The notes beneath the pieces were generated by a model, which saw nothing but the letters and a program-made list of their open reading frames with translations, ran no database searches and was not told the DNA's origin. A DNA stretch of 64,000 nucleotides from an uncultured virus (IMG/VR IMGVR_UViG_3300042308_000967) (Duplodnaviria; Heunggongvirae; Uroviricota; Caudoviricetes). The translations under genes and the position numbers were made by a program. Where the stretch lies: IMG/VR virus record IMGVR_UViG_3300042308_000967, positions 1 to 64,000 of that record. One strand, written 5' to 3'. This document shows, piece by piece, positions 46,652 through 55,476 of this stretch; position 1 is the first letter of the stretch; each line of letters opens with the position of its first letter.

Positions 46652-48934
46652 ATGACTATCATAAGACCGAATAGTATATCTGGTATTACTTCGATTACCG
46701 CTCAGAGTGATACGATTAACATTTATAAGTCTGACGGAACACTGTCTGGTTTACAACTAAATGGAGTTAATTTTAATACAACATCAGGAATCAGTACATT
46801 TTCTAATGTTGTAGTTGCTGATGGATCTGCTTCCACTCCATCTTTAAAGTTTTCTTCAAGTAGCACAACTGGATTATATTCTCCAGGAGCAAATCAATTT
46901 GGTATTGCTACGAATGGAACAGCAAGAATTACAATAGATTCAAATGGAAATGTAACCATTGCAAATACTATTAATGTTCCTTTAGGTAGTGCATCTGCTC
47001 CTGCATTTAGTTTTACAGGTGATAGCAACACCGGCATCTACTCCCCCGGCGCAGACCAAGTAGCCATCTCGACTAATGGCACGGGGCGATTGTTTGTTGA
47101 TGCGAGTGGGAATGTTGGGATCGGAACGAGCGCCAATAACGTCCTCGATCAGATTTCATCTGCACGACCTTTGCTTGTCCAAAGTGCTAGTAGCAGTACG
47201 ACTATTGGCGGCAGTGCAAATGCGATCACAATTTGCAACTCAGATACCACTGCTTCTAACACATCGCAAATCAATTTTGCGGCGATATCTGGACCCAGCC
47301 CGCTTCAGTTCAGCTCGGCAATCATTAGTGCAATACACGGTGCGCGTACAAACGGACAGTACCCAACTGGGTCGCTTGTCTTCCTGACCAGCACAGCAAC
47401 AAACTCCGCACCTACCGAAAAACTTCGGATAACAAATGACGGCAAACTAGGTCTGGGGACTAGTAGTCCTGGCGTTTCTTTTGACGTTCAAGCTGGAGCT
47501 ACCTCTGACTGCGTTGCAATCCGAAGCACGTTAAACACAAATGCAGGTGCAGTTGGTGGCATTGCTCTCTACGGGGGTAATTCCTCTGGAACATCAGTTG
47601 CGTATGGCGGTTTCTATGGGAACATTCAGTCCAATACTGCCGGAAGCCATAGCGGTGGGCTGCGCTTCTATATCGCTGACTCTGGCTCATTCTCAGAGAA
47701 GATGCGCCTTACCCCAACTGGACTAGGGATTGGCACTACGAGCCCTAGCTTCAAGCTTCACTCATACGATACTGCCGCTGCTCAAGGTTTCTTTAACGGC
47801 TGGTCATCTGGCGGCACTTACGACGCCGCTGGAGCCATCCGGTTTGGAAATCAAACTGGGTACCAAGGTCGGGTGGATTACGATCCAAGCGGCAATACGA
47901 ACTTTATTTTTGAGAACAGTTACTCAAATGGGGCAATTAGCTGGAAAATATACGGTGGAGAAAAAGCTAGGCTAACGCCTACTGGGCAGCTTTTAGTTGG
48001 CACGTCTACTGCCTTTAGGTCGGATTCATTTATTCAAGTAAAAGGCGGAAACTCCAGCAGTGTTGGATCGCTTGCGCTGGCATCTACCTCCAATAACCCA
48101 ACTTCTGGCGCGGATCTTGGTTTTATCACCATTACAGACACCGGAGGAAACAGGGGCGCATCTATTGTTGCAACTGCAGACGGTAACTGGACTTCAGGTA
48201 CGAGTCAGCCAACGCGATTAGCGTTATCCACTACCGCCGCCGATGCGAGCAGTCCGACGGAGCGGATGAGGATTACGAGTGATGGGTATGTTTACATCGG
48301 AAAAACAACAGGAAGCACGTCTGTAGCTGGCACTGTGTTTTTGCAAAACTACGCAGTAATAACAAGCACTGCAACAAACAGCGGGGACAGATGCTTGATA
48401 CTTAACCGCCAATCGGCAGATGGAGACTTGCTTCAATTCTGGCAGGCCGATACTCAAGAAGGCGCAGTCTCTGTCTCCGGCACTACTGTGACCTACGGCG
48501 GCGGTCACCTTGCCCGTTGGTCGCAACTGCCAAATGCTGAAGACCCATCCACACTCCTTAAGGGCACTGTCCTGTCAAACTTGGATGAGATGTGCGAGTG
48601 GGGCGAGGAAGACAACGAGCAGCTCAACCGCACCAAAGTGAGCGATGTTGAAGGCGATCCAAATGTGGCTGGCGTGTATGTGTCAGCGTCGCCTACTGAT
48701 GATGGTCCGCTGGATTTTTGGTTGGCGATGACTGGCGACATGATCATCCGCATTGCTGAAGGTGTCACCGTACAGCGTGGCGACCTGCTGATGTCCGCTG
48801 GTGACGGCACCGCCAAGCCCCAAGACGATGACATCGTTCGCAGCAAAACCATCGCCAAGGTGACTTCCAACCACGTCACCTGCACCTACGACGATGGGAG
48901 CTACTGCGTTCCCTGCGTATTGATGGCTTGCTAG
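46652..48934 (+). CDS. tail fibre protein, GC-rich distal part
   Basis: NTGIYSPGADQVAISTNG, repeated EKxRxxxxGxLxxGT modules, C-terminal GHLARWSQL..CVPCVLMAC domain, possibly chaperone-like. Confidence 0.78.
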   Translation: MTIIRPNSISGITSITAQSDTINIYKSDGTLSGLQLNGVNFNTTSGISTFSNVVVADGSASTPSLKFSSSSTTGLYSPGANQFGIATNGTARITIDSNGNVTIANTINVPLGSASAPAFSFTGDSNTGIYSPGADQVAISTNGTGRLFVDASGNVGIGTSANNVLDQISSARPLLVQSASSSTTIGGSANAITICNSDTTASNTSQINFAAISGPSPLQFSSAIISAIHGARTNGQYPTGSLVFLTSTATNSAPTEKLRITNDGKLGLGTSSPGVSFDVQAGATSDCVAIRSTLNTNAGAVGGIALYGGNSSGTSVAYGGFYGNIQSNTAGSHSGGLRFYIADSGSFSEKMRLTPTGLGIGTTSPSFKLHSYDTAAAQGFFNGWSSGGTYDAAGAIRFGNQTGYQGRVDYDPSGNTNFIFENSYSNGAISWKIYGGEKARLTPTGQLLVGTSTAFRSDSFIQVKGGNSSSVGSLALASTSNNPTSGADLGFITITDTGGNRGASIVATADGNWTSGTSQPTRLALSTTAADASSPTERMRITSDGYVYIGKTTGSTSVAGTVFLQNYAVITSTATNSGDRCLILNRQSADGDLLQFWQADTQEGAVSVSGTTVTYGGGHLARWSQLPNAEDPSTLLKGTVLSNLDEMCEWGEEDNEQLNRTKVSDVEGDPNVAGVYVSASPTDDGPLDFWLAMTGDMIIRIAEGVTVQRGDLLMSAGDGTAKPQDDDIVRSKTIAKVTSNHVTCTYDDGSYCVPCVLMAC

Positions 48935-48968
48935 GGCAAGTAGTCCTACTCGAAAGTCATCATACACA

Positions 48969-48997
48969 TAGTGTGGTAATTACACCTTATCACACTA
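48969..48997. repeat. 11-7-11 inverted repeat upstream of the recombinase
   Basis: TAGTGTGGTAA-TTACACC-TTATCACACTA, arms match at 10 of 11 positions. Confidence 0.7.
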
Positions 48998-49039
48998 ATT
49001 ACTTTATGTTACAATATAGACTAATAAATCTACTAAATT

Positions 49040-49906
49040 ATGGCAAAAACATTGAAGAAACTGTGGAAGGAGTTTGTTAATGAAAGGAAAGTTTCTTTAT
49101 TTCCTACATCATTAACATCAGATTACAGTCAGGTTACTAAATGGATTTCTAGGTGTCCAATACAAGACATCAAAAAATCAAAAGAAATAATGAATTGGAT
49201 TTTGAGTGAGCAACCTGTTCTTTCTTCTAGACGAGTTGCAATGTACGTCAAATCTATGTATCGGTGGGCATCTGAAGAAGAAAATGGATATTTTAAAAGG
49301 AATCCATTACAAAATTTTAGAATGCCAAAGGCACCTCAAACTGATGAAGAAATTATAGTAATACCAAGAGATGAGATTGATATTGTAATTCAAGAATTAA
49401 GAAAGAAAAGAACCTATAAAAGTGTAAATTGGTCTTGGTATACAGAGTTCATGCTTCAAACTGCAATGAGAACAGGTGAAGTTCGTGCTTTAATGCGGAA
49501 AGATATTAAGGAAGATAAAATTCTTGTTCATCAAAATTACACACTTACTCATGGTCTTAAAAATAGCACCAAAACAAACAAAAAACGTTGGGTTCCATTA
49601 AATAAAAAATGTCTTGATATTTTGAATAACTTACCAAATCAAAATGAATTTATTTTTCCTTGGGATAGAATTGCATTTCAAAGTTACTTCAGAAAAAAAC
49701 TAAAACCTCTGTATGATAATAAAGTTATTAGTCATTTATATAGACCTTATGATTGTCGTCACACAGCAATTAGTCATTGGATAGAATCTGGAATTCCTAT
49801 TCCACAAGTAGCTAATTGGGCAGGAAATACTAGTGAAATTATTTTTAAACATTATTGCAATGTAACTCAAGATTATCAGATTCCTGAAATTAAGTATTCT
49901 AAATAA
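49040..49906 (+). CDS. tyrosine recombinase (integrase family, no obvious arm-binding domain)
   Basis: TAMRTGE (R), TKT (K), PYDCRHT (xxR), VANWAGN, KHY (Y). Core-binding domain ending ..RNP. Confidence 0.88.
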   Translation: MAKTLKKLWKEFVNERKVSLFPTSLTSDYSQVTKWISRCPIQDIKKSKEIMNWILSEQPVLSSRRVAMYVKSMYRWASEEENGYFKRNPLQNFRMPKAPQTDEEIIVIPRDEIDIVIQELRKKRTYKSVNWSWYTEFMLQTAMRTGEVRALMRKDIKEDKILVHQNYTLTHGLKNSTKTNKKRWVPLNKKCLDILNNLPNQNEFIFPWDRIAFQSYFRKKLKPLYDNKVISHLYRPYDCRHTAISHWIESGIPIPQVANWAGNTSEIIFKHYCNVTQDYQIPEIKYSK

Positions 49907-49926
49907 TTCTAAACATCAAAACTATC

Positions 49927-50229
49927 ATGACAACATATACATGGGGAATTGCAAATCTTGAAAGAGAAACTATAGATAATTATGTCTACACGGTTCATTG
50001 GACTCTAAGTGCATCAGATAATGAACATTCTTCTAGTTGCTATGGATCCATTGGACTTGAGAGACCAGAAGGAGAATTAATTCCTTTTGAAGAACTTACT
50101 CCAGAACTTGTAATTTCTTGGGTTCAAGATAAGATGACAGAAGAGCAAATTGAAACTATGAAAACTTCACTTGAGTCTCAAATTAATGAGCAGAAGACAC
50201 CATCAAAATCATCAGGTGTTCCTTGGTGA
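49927..50229 (+). CDS. small tail-fibre-associated protein
   Basis: YTWGIANLER..VHW..IPFEELT..VISWV..GVPW. CTAAATA upstream. Confidence 0.7.
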   Translation: MTTYTWGIANLERETIDNYVYTVHWTLSASDNEHSSSCYGSIGLERPEGELIPFEELTPELVISWVQDKMTEEQIETMKTSLESQINEQKTPSKSSGVPW

Positions 50230-50280
50230 TTGACTAAATACCACAAACCACTTATAATTCATTAGATACATAAAACAAAC

Positions 50281-50511
50281 ATGACTGATCAACAAAAACA
50301 TCTTCAACAAGTTCTTGAACAACAGAATCAAGTTGTTGCTGAAATCAATAATCTAAATAATCAACTAACTATAAAAAGAGAATTAGCACTCAAACTTCAA
50401 GGAGTTCTTGAATATCTTGAACAAACTGGAGTAACTCTTCCAACACCTGAAGAAATTGCAGAAGAAGAAAAAAAGGAAGAAGAAAACGTAGAAAGTCCAG
50501 AAAAACAATAA
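50281..50511 (+). CDS. small coiled-coil protein (paralogue of 34147..34347)
   Basis: MTDQQKHL..KLQGVLEYLEQ.GV.LP. Confidence 0.75.
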   Translation: MTDQQKHLQQVLEQQNQVVAEINNLNNQLTIKRELALKLQGVLEYLEQTGVTLPTPEEIAEEEKKEEENVESPEKQ

Positions 50512-50519
50512 ACGTCATT

Positions 50520-50545
50520 AAGTCTCTCTCGTAGAGACTTTTTTT
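50520..50545 (+). terminator. intrinsic terminator
   Basis: AAGTCTCT-CTCGT-AGAGACTT followed by a T-tract. Confidence 0.8.
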
Positions 50546-50591
50546 ATGCTTGGTTATAAATAGTTAAAAGTAGGGGGAGAGTGAACCCGAC

Positions 50592-51248
50592 ATGGCTGCA
50601 GAAATTAGAGTAGATACTATTACATCTAGGAGTGGTATTAACACTCTCAGCTTTACTGGAGACGGTTTTTCTTTCCTTACTAGTGTTGGTATTGGTACTA
50701 CCATCACTACAAATCCTGTAGGTGCATCAAATACATCTAAACTTGCAGTTGGTATTGTTACTGCAAACTATTATTATGGTGATGGTTCTAGACTTACAAA
50801 TATAATTTCTGGCGTAGGTATTCAATCTGGTGGAACTCTAGTTGGCACTGGATTTACTACCATTAACTTTATTGGTGCAGGAAATACTTTCTCTACTAAC
50901 GGTACAACGATTAATGTTAGTATTTCCGGTGGCGGAACTGAAATCAAAACTTTAGGTATTACAACAACTGCTGCAGTCGGTGTTGGTTCATTCGCAACAG
51001 GAACACATCGCTCTGCTGTAGTCACTGCTCAAATTGCACAAGGAACTAATTATCAAGTTGGTCGGTATTTGATGATACACGATGGTTCAACCGTAACAGT
51101 TGTTGAGCAAGCAGCAGTATCAACGGGAAGCACAATGCTTGGATCATTTACTGGTGCTATTAGTGGTTCAAATGCAGAATTAAGGGTTTTAATGGTTACT
51201 TCTGGAATTGCAACAGTTACGACCAAAATAGACACAGTAACTGTGTGA
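50592..51248 (+). CDS. short tail-fibre-like structural protein
   Basis: YYGDGS.L.NIISGVGIQS..NFIGAGNTF block shared with 44089..46623. Confidence 0.7.
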   Translation: MAAEIRVDTITSRSGINTLSFTGDGFSFLTSVGIGTTITTNPVGASNTSKLAVGIVTANYYYGDGSRLTNIISGVGIQSGGTLVGTGFTTINFIGAGNTFSTNGTTINVSISGGGTEIKTLGITTTAAVGVGSFATGTHRSAVVTAQIAQGTNYQVGRYLMIHDGSTVTVVEQAAVSTGSTMLGSFTGAISGSNAELRVLMVTSGIATVTTKIDTVTV

Positions 51249-51259
51249 GGTAAACTAAT

Positions 51260-52681
51260 ATGCCTGCTTTTAAAATTGGTTTTGGTTCAGACTTTACACT
51301 TGCCAATCAGTTAGTTGGTATTGGTACAACTACTGCTAGAAGAAAATTAGAAGTTGATGGTGTTCTCAAAGGAGACTTTAATGTTTCTGGAGTATCAACA
51401 CTCACGGTTTATGGTGGATTTGCATCACAGAAACAAAATGTATCTGTCGCATCAACAACTGGTTTCAGCACATCAGGTGTTGGAACATTCGTTCAAGTTA
51501 CTGAAAGTGAAACTGGATACTTAAGTCTTGTAGGAGAATATAATACAGTATCAGAAGATATTATTGTAGATGAAGGAAGAATCTTTGAAGTTTCTGTTGG
51601 TTCTACAGTCAGTCCTGGAACATTAGAAAGTGTAAGTATTCAGTCGCACTTCAGTGTTCCAAATGGTGGTATTAGTAGCAGACCAAACCAACCAACAGAA
51701 GGAATGGTAAGATTTAATGATGACCTGAATACACTTGAGTTTTATAATGGAATTGAGTGGAGACAATTTACAGTCTCTGGTGCAAGTGGTCGTGGTGTTT
51801 TTGGTGGTGGTGTTGGAGATGGAGCATCTAATGTTAGTGTGATTGATTCTATACAAATTTCAACTCAAGGAAATGCAGTAAATTTTGGAAATGCATCAAC
51901 AATATTTCAGCGATGTTCTGCAGTTTCATCTTCTATTAGAGGCGCATTTAATATTGGACAAACTCCAGCAATTGTTAATAATATTGAATATATAACAATT
52001 GCGTCCGAAAGTAATTCCATTGATTTTGGAGATTTGACAATAACGAGATTGGGTTCTGCATCATTTTCTTCATCCACTCGCGGAATTTTTGCTGGAGGAT
52101 TTAATCCGGCACCTGGTGGTTCAGATTCAAATGTAATAGACTATATTCAAATTTCTACATTGGGAAATGCATTAGATTTTGGAGATGCTTCTATAGGAAG
52201 ACATGTTGCATCTGGTTGTTCTTCATCAACTCGCGGAGTATTTGCTGGGGGAAATGTATCTCCCACTGTTACTGCAAGTATTGAATTTTTAACAATTTCA
52301 TCTACGGGAAATTCTGTAAATTTTGGAAATTTAAACAGCATATCTAGAGATAAAGGAAGTTGTTCTAATTCTATTAGAGGTTTATTTGCTGGAGGAAGAG
52401 TACCTGCATTTATAAATTCGATAGATTATATTACATTTTCCTCTGTAGGAAACGCACAAGATTTTGGAGACTTAACTGCACAAAAATGGGGAACTTTTGG
52501 TGCTTCCAATTCTATAAGAGGTGTATTTGCGGGTGGTTATGTTACTCCAAGTCATAATAATTCAATTGATTTTATTTCTATAAATTCATTTGGGAATGCA
52601 CAAGACTTTGGTGATTTAACTGTTGCTCGTTATTCTGGATTTGGTCTATCAGACTCTCACGGTGGTCTAGGAGGTTTCTAA
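51260..52681 (+). CDS. six-repeat kelch-like propeller protein 1
   Basis: GMVRFN..LEFYNG..W anchor, six RGxFxGG..IDY..GNAxDFGDL repeats, ends SDSHGGLGGF. Confidence 0.8.
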   Translation: MPAFKIGFGSDFTLANQLVGIGTTTARRKLEVDGVLKGDFNVSGVSTLTVYGGFASQKQNVSVASTTGFSTSGVGTFVQVTESETGYLSLVGEYNTVSEDIIVDEGRIFEVSVGSTVSPGTLESVSIQSHFSVPNGGISSRPNQPTEGMVRFNDDLNTLEFYNGIEWRQFTVSGASGRGVFGGGVGDGASNVSVIDSIQISTQGNAVNFGNASTIFQRCSAVSSSIRGAFNIGQTPAIVNNIEYITIASESNSIDFGDLTITRLGSASFSSSTRGIFAGGFNPAPGGSDSNVIDYIQISTLGNALDFGDASIGRHVASGCSSSTRGVFAGGNVSPTVTASIEFLTISSTGNSVNFGNLNSISRDKGSCSNSIRGLFAGGRVPAFINSIDYITFSSVGNAQDFGDLTAQKWGTFGASNSIRGVFAGGYVTPSHNNSIDFISINSFGNAQDFGDLTVARYSGFGLSDSHGGLGGF

Positions 52682-52682
52682 A

Positions 52683-54065
52683 ATGCCAACAAATCGTTTT
52701 CAATTCTCCGATGATTTTGTTCTCAACAACGGTAATGTTGGTATAAACTCATCATCACCACAAGAAAAATTAGATGTTGTTGGTGTTGTAAAAGGACAAG
52801 ACCTTAAAGTTACTGGAGTTTCATCTTTCACAACTTATGAAGGTTTTCTGAATTCCAATCAGAACATCATTGAAAATGTATCAATATCTAATGGTTCAGA
52901 GAGTGGTTCATTATCTGGTGAGATTATTGTAGGAACTGGAATCACAGTATCAGTTTCATCAGGGACAACAAGTTCTCAAGGTTATATTGATAGTCTGAAA
53001 GTTTATAATACTTTTACTGTACCGACTGGTGGAACTGTTGATAGACCATCAAAGTCAACACCAGGACAGTTGTTTTATAATAAAGACTTTAAGACGATTG
53101 AGTTCTGGGATGGTAATGTATGGAGACAGGTTGATAATACGACGCAGAGTGGAAGAGGTGTTTTTGGTGGTGGATTTGTTGGACCAAATTATGTTTATAC
53201 AATGAACTATGTGAATATTGCATCCACCGGAAACGCAATTAACTTTGGTAGTATGCAAGCAGTTAATTACAATTATGCTTCTTGCTCTTCTTCAGATAGA
53301 GGGTTATTTGCTGGCGGCGGTAATTATCCATCAGCAGCAGTAACAAATACAATAGAATACATTACAATTGCATCAGAAGGAAATTCTATTGACTTTGGAG
53401 ACCTTTCATCTGGTGGAGCAAGAGTAAGTGCGGGTGGATGTTCTTCATCAACTCGTGGAGTATTTGCCGGTGGTTATGGTCCATCACCATTTCCAAATAC
53501 AAATATTATTGATTATATTCAGATACAAACACTTGGAAATGCACTAGATTTCGGAGACCTAACGACTCCTACATCTGGTTCTGGTGGGTGTTCTTCATCA
53601 ACCAGAGGATTATTTTCTGGATTTTTAAATCCTGGAGGATTAATTGTATCAACAATAAATGCAATTACAATTTCATCCACTGGAAATGCTGTTACTTTTG
53701 GAAATTTAACTTCTGCTTTATTTGAAAATAGTGGTTTATCTAACCAAACTCGCGGAATATTTGCGGGTGGTAGAGCACAACCAGGAAGCACGGCAGTATC
53801 TAATACTATAGACTATGTTACAATTTCCACATTTGGTAATGCATCATACTTTGGTGATTTGACCACAAGAAGAAGTTATTTAAGTTCCACATCAAATTCG
53901 ATTCGCGGTTTATTTGGTGGTGGATATACACCAACTGCAACAAATGTAATTGATTTTATAACAATTTCTGCGACAGGAAATGCACAAGACTTTGGTGATT
54001 TAACTTCTGGGAGATATGGAGTATCTGCATTATCAGACTCTCACGGTGGTCTTGGTGGTTTCTAA
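52683..54065 (+). CDS. six-repeat kelch-like propeller protein 2
   Basis: Same architecture, ends SDSHGGLGGF. Confidence 0.8.
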   Translation: MPTNRFQFSDDFVLNNGNVGINSSSPQEKLDVVGVVKGQDLKVTGVSSFTTYEGFLNSNQNIIENVSISNGSESGSLSGEIIVGTGITVSVSSGTTSSQGYIDSLKVYNTFTVPTGGTVDRPSKSTPGQLFYNKDFKTIEFWDGNVWRQVDNTTQSGRGVFGGGFVGPNYVYTMNYVNIASTGNAINFGSMQAVNYNYASCSSSDRGLFAGGGNYPSAAVTNTIEYITIASEGNSIDFGDLSSGGARVSAGGCSSSTRGVFAGGYGPSPFPNTNIIDYIQIQTLGNALDFGDLTTPTSGSGGCSSSTRGLFSGFLNPGGLIVSTINAITISSTGNAVTFGNLTSALFENSGLSNQTRGIFAGGRAQPGSTAVSNTIDYVTISTFGNASYFGDLTTRRSYLSSTSNSIRGLFGGGYTPTATNVIDFITISATGNAQDFGDLTSGRYGVSALSDSHGGLGGF

Positions 54066-54095
54066 TGTCCAATAAATACTTAAAAGCACTATAAT

Positions 54096-55475
54096 ATGCC
54101 TAGCATCAGAATTGGTTTCTCAACTGATTTTAATTTAACCAGCGAACAGGTTGGAATCGGAACAACACTTCCATCTGCTCGTTTGGATGTTGCTGGTCAA
54201 ATTCTTTCAGACAATTCATCAGGTAGTGGTGGTCTTTCTACTATCACCAGATATGATGGATTTTTAGATTCAGAGCAAAGACTTTCAGATAATGTTTCAA
54301 TTGGTCAAACATCAAAAGGCAATCTAAACTCTCTATCAGGTGAGATTGTAATTGAAAATGAAATTACAGTCATTGATGGTACTCCACTTACAGGAGGACG
54401 ATTAGATAGTCTTACAGTAACTGGTAAGTTTGATTTACCTCACGGTGGAACAGAAGATAGAGAAGATACACCAGAGAAAGGAAGCACAAGATTTAACCAG
54501 GATTTAGGACAACTGGAGTTTTATACTGGAACTGAATGGAGAACTGTTGGATCTTATGATGGAAGTGGAAGGGGGAGAGGTGTTATAGCAGGGGGAGTAA
54601 ATGGTGCAGGTGCCGCTGGAGTTTATTCGGATATTGAATACTTGAATATTCAATCTCTAGGAAATACTCAAAGTTTTGGTGATTTAACAGTTAATAAATA
54701 TTCTGGTGCCTCAATGTCTTCATCTACAAGAGGAGTATTTGCTGGAGGATGGGCGGCTCCAGTAAATAGCTATGATATTGAATATATTACTATTGCAAGT
54801 GGAGGAAATGCAATAGACTGGACTCAAAATAATACTGGCGGATGGGGTGCTATGGGAGCATCAAGTTCTACCAGAGGATTGAGTGCTGGTGGAGATTATC
54901 CAACAGCAACAACAACTATTGATAGTATTCAATTTTCTACGATTGGGTCAAAAGAGGATTGGGGAGATATAACTGCTTTAAGAGGAAGAGGAACTGCGGG
55001 TTGTAACTCACCAACTCGTGCAATATTTTTTGGCGGATATGCTACTCCAGTACAAACAAGTAATATTGAATTTAAACAGACTGCATCAAATTCAAATACA
55101 GTATTTTTTGGAGATTTGTTGAATCTAACTAGCCTTACTGGTGGTGGTGGAAATTCTGTAAGAGGAATTATTTGTGGCGGACTTCAAAGAACACCAGCAA
55201 CATATCATAAAATTATACAATATGTAACTATTGCAACCACTGGTAATGCTCAATACTTTGGGGATTTGAGTGATACTAAATCGGGGTCATTTAGTGTTTC
55301 TGATCAAATACGAAATGTAAATTTTGGTGGTTATAATGGTTCATCGTATACAAATACTATTGAATATATTACTATTGCAACTGCAGGAAATACTCAAGAC
55401 TTTGGTGATTTATCAATATCAGGATATGAACAAATGGGTATTTCAGACTCTCACGGTGGTCTAGGAGGTTTCTAA
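54096..55475 (+). CDS. six-repeat kelch-like propeller protein 3 (most divergent repeats)
   Basis: Same architecture, ATAAATA upstream, ends SDSHGGLGGF. Confidence 0.8.
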   Translation: MPSIRIGFSTDFNLTSEQVGIGTTLPSARLDVAGQILSDNSSGSGGLSTITRYDGFLDSEQRLSDNVSIGQTSKGNLNSLSGEIVIENEITVIDGTPLTGGRLDSLTVTGKFDLPHGGTEDREDTPEKGSTRFNQDLGQLEFYTGTEWRTVGSYDGSGRGRGVIAGGVNGAGAAGVYSDIEYLNIQSLGNTQSFGDLTVNKYSGASMSSSTRGVFAGGWAAPVNSYDIEYITIASGGNAIDWTQNNTGGWGAMGASSSTRGLSAGGDYPTATTTIDSIQFSTIGSKEDWGDITALRGRGTAGCNSPTRAIFFGGYATPVQTSNIEFKQTASNSNTVFFGDLLNLTSLTGGGGNSVRGIICGGLQRTPATYHKIIQYVTIATTGNAQYFGDLSDTKSGSFSVSDQIRNVNFGGYNGSSYTNTIEYITIATAGNTQDFGDLSISGYEQMGISDSHGGLGGF

Positions 55476-55476
55476 T

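Noticed and set aside
33551..48952. Common recombination site right after the two GC-rich gene stops (TAGTGCTCGTTAACCCGTCCTCG vs TAGGGCAAGTAGTCCTACTCG)
   Set aside because: The similarity needs gaps and is too weak to support by eye.
49040..49906. Lysogeny integrase or prophage boundary
   Set aside because: No repressor, excisionase or host genes nearby, and phage late genes continue on both sides.
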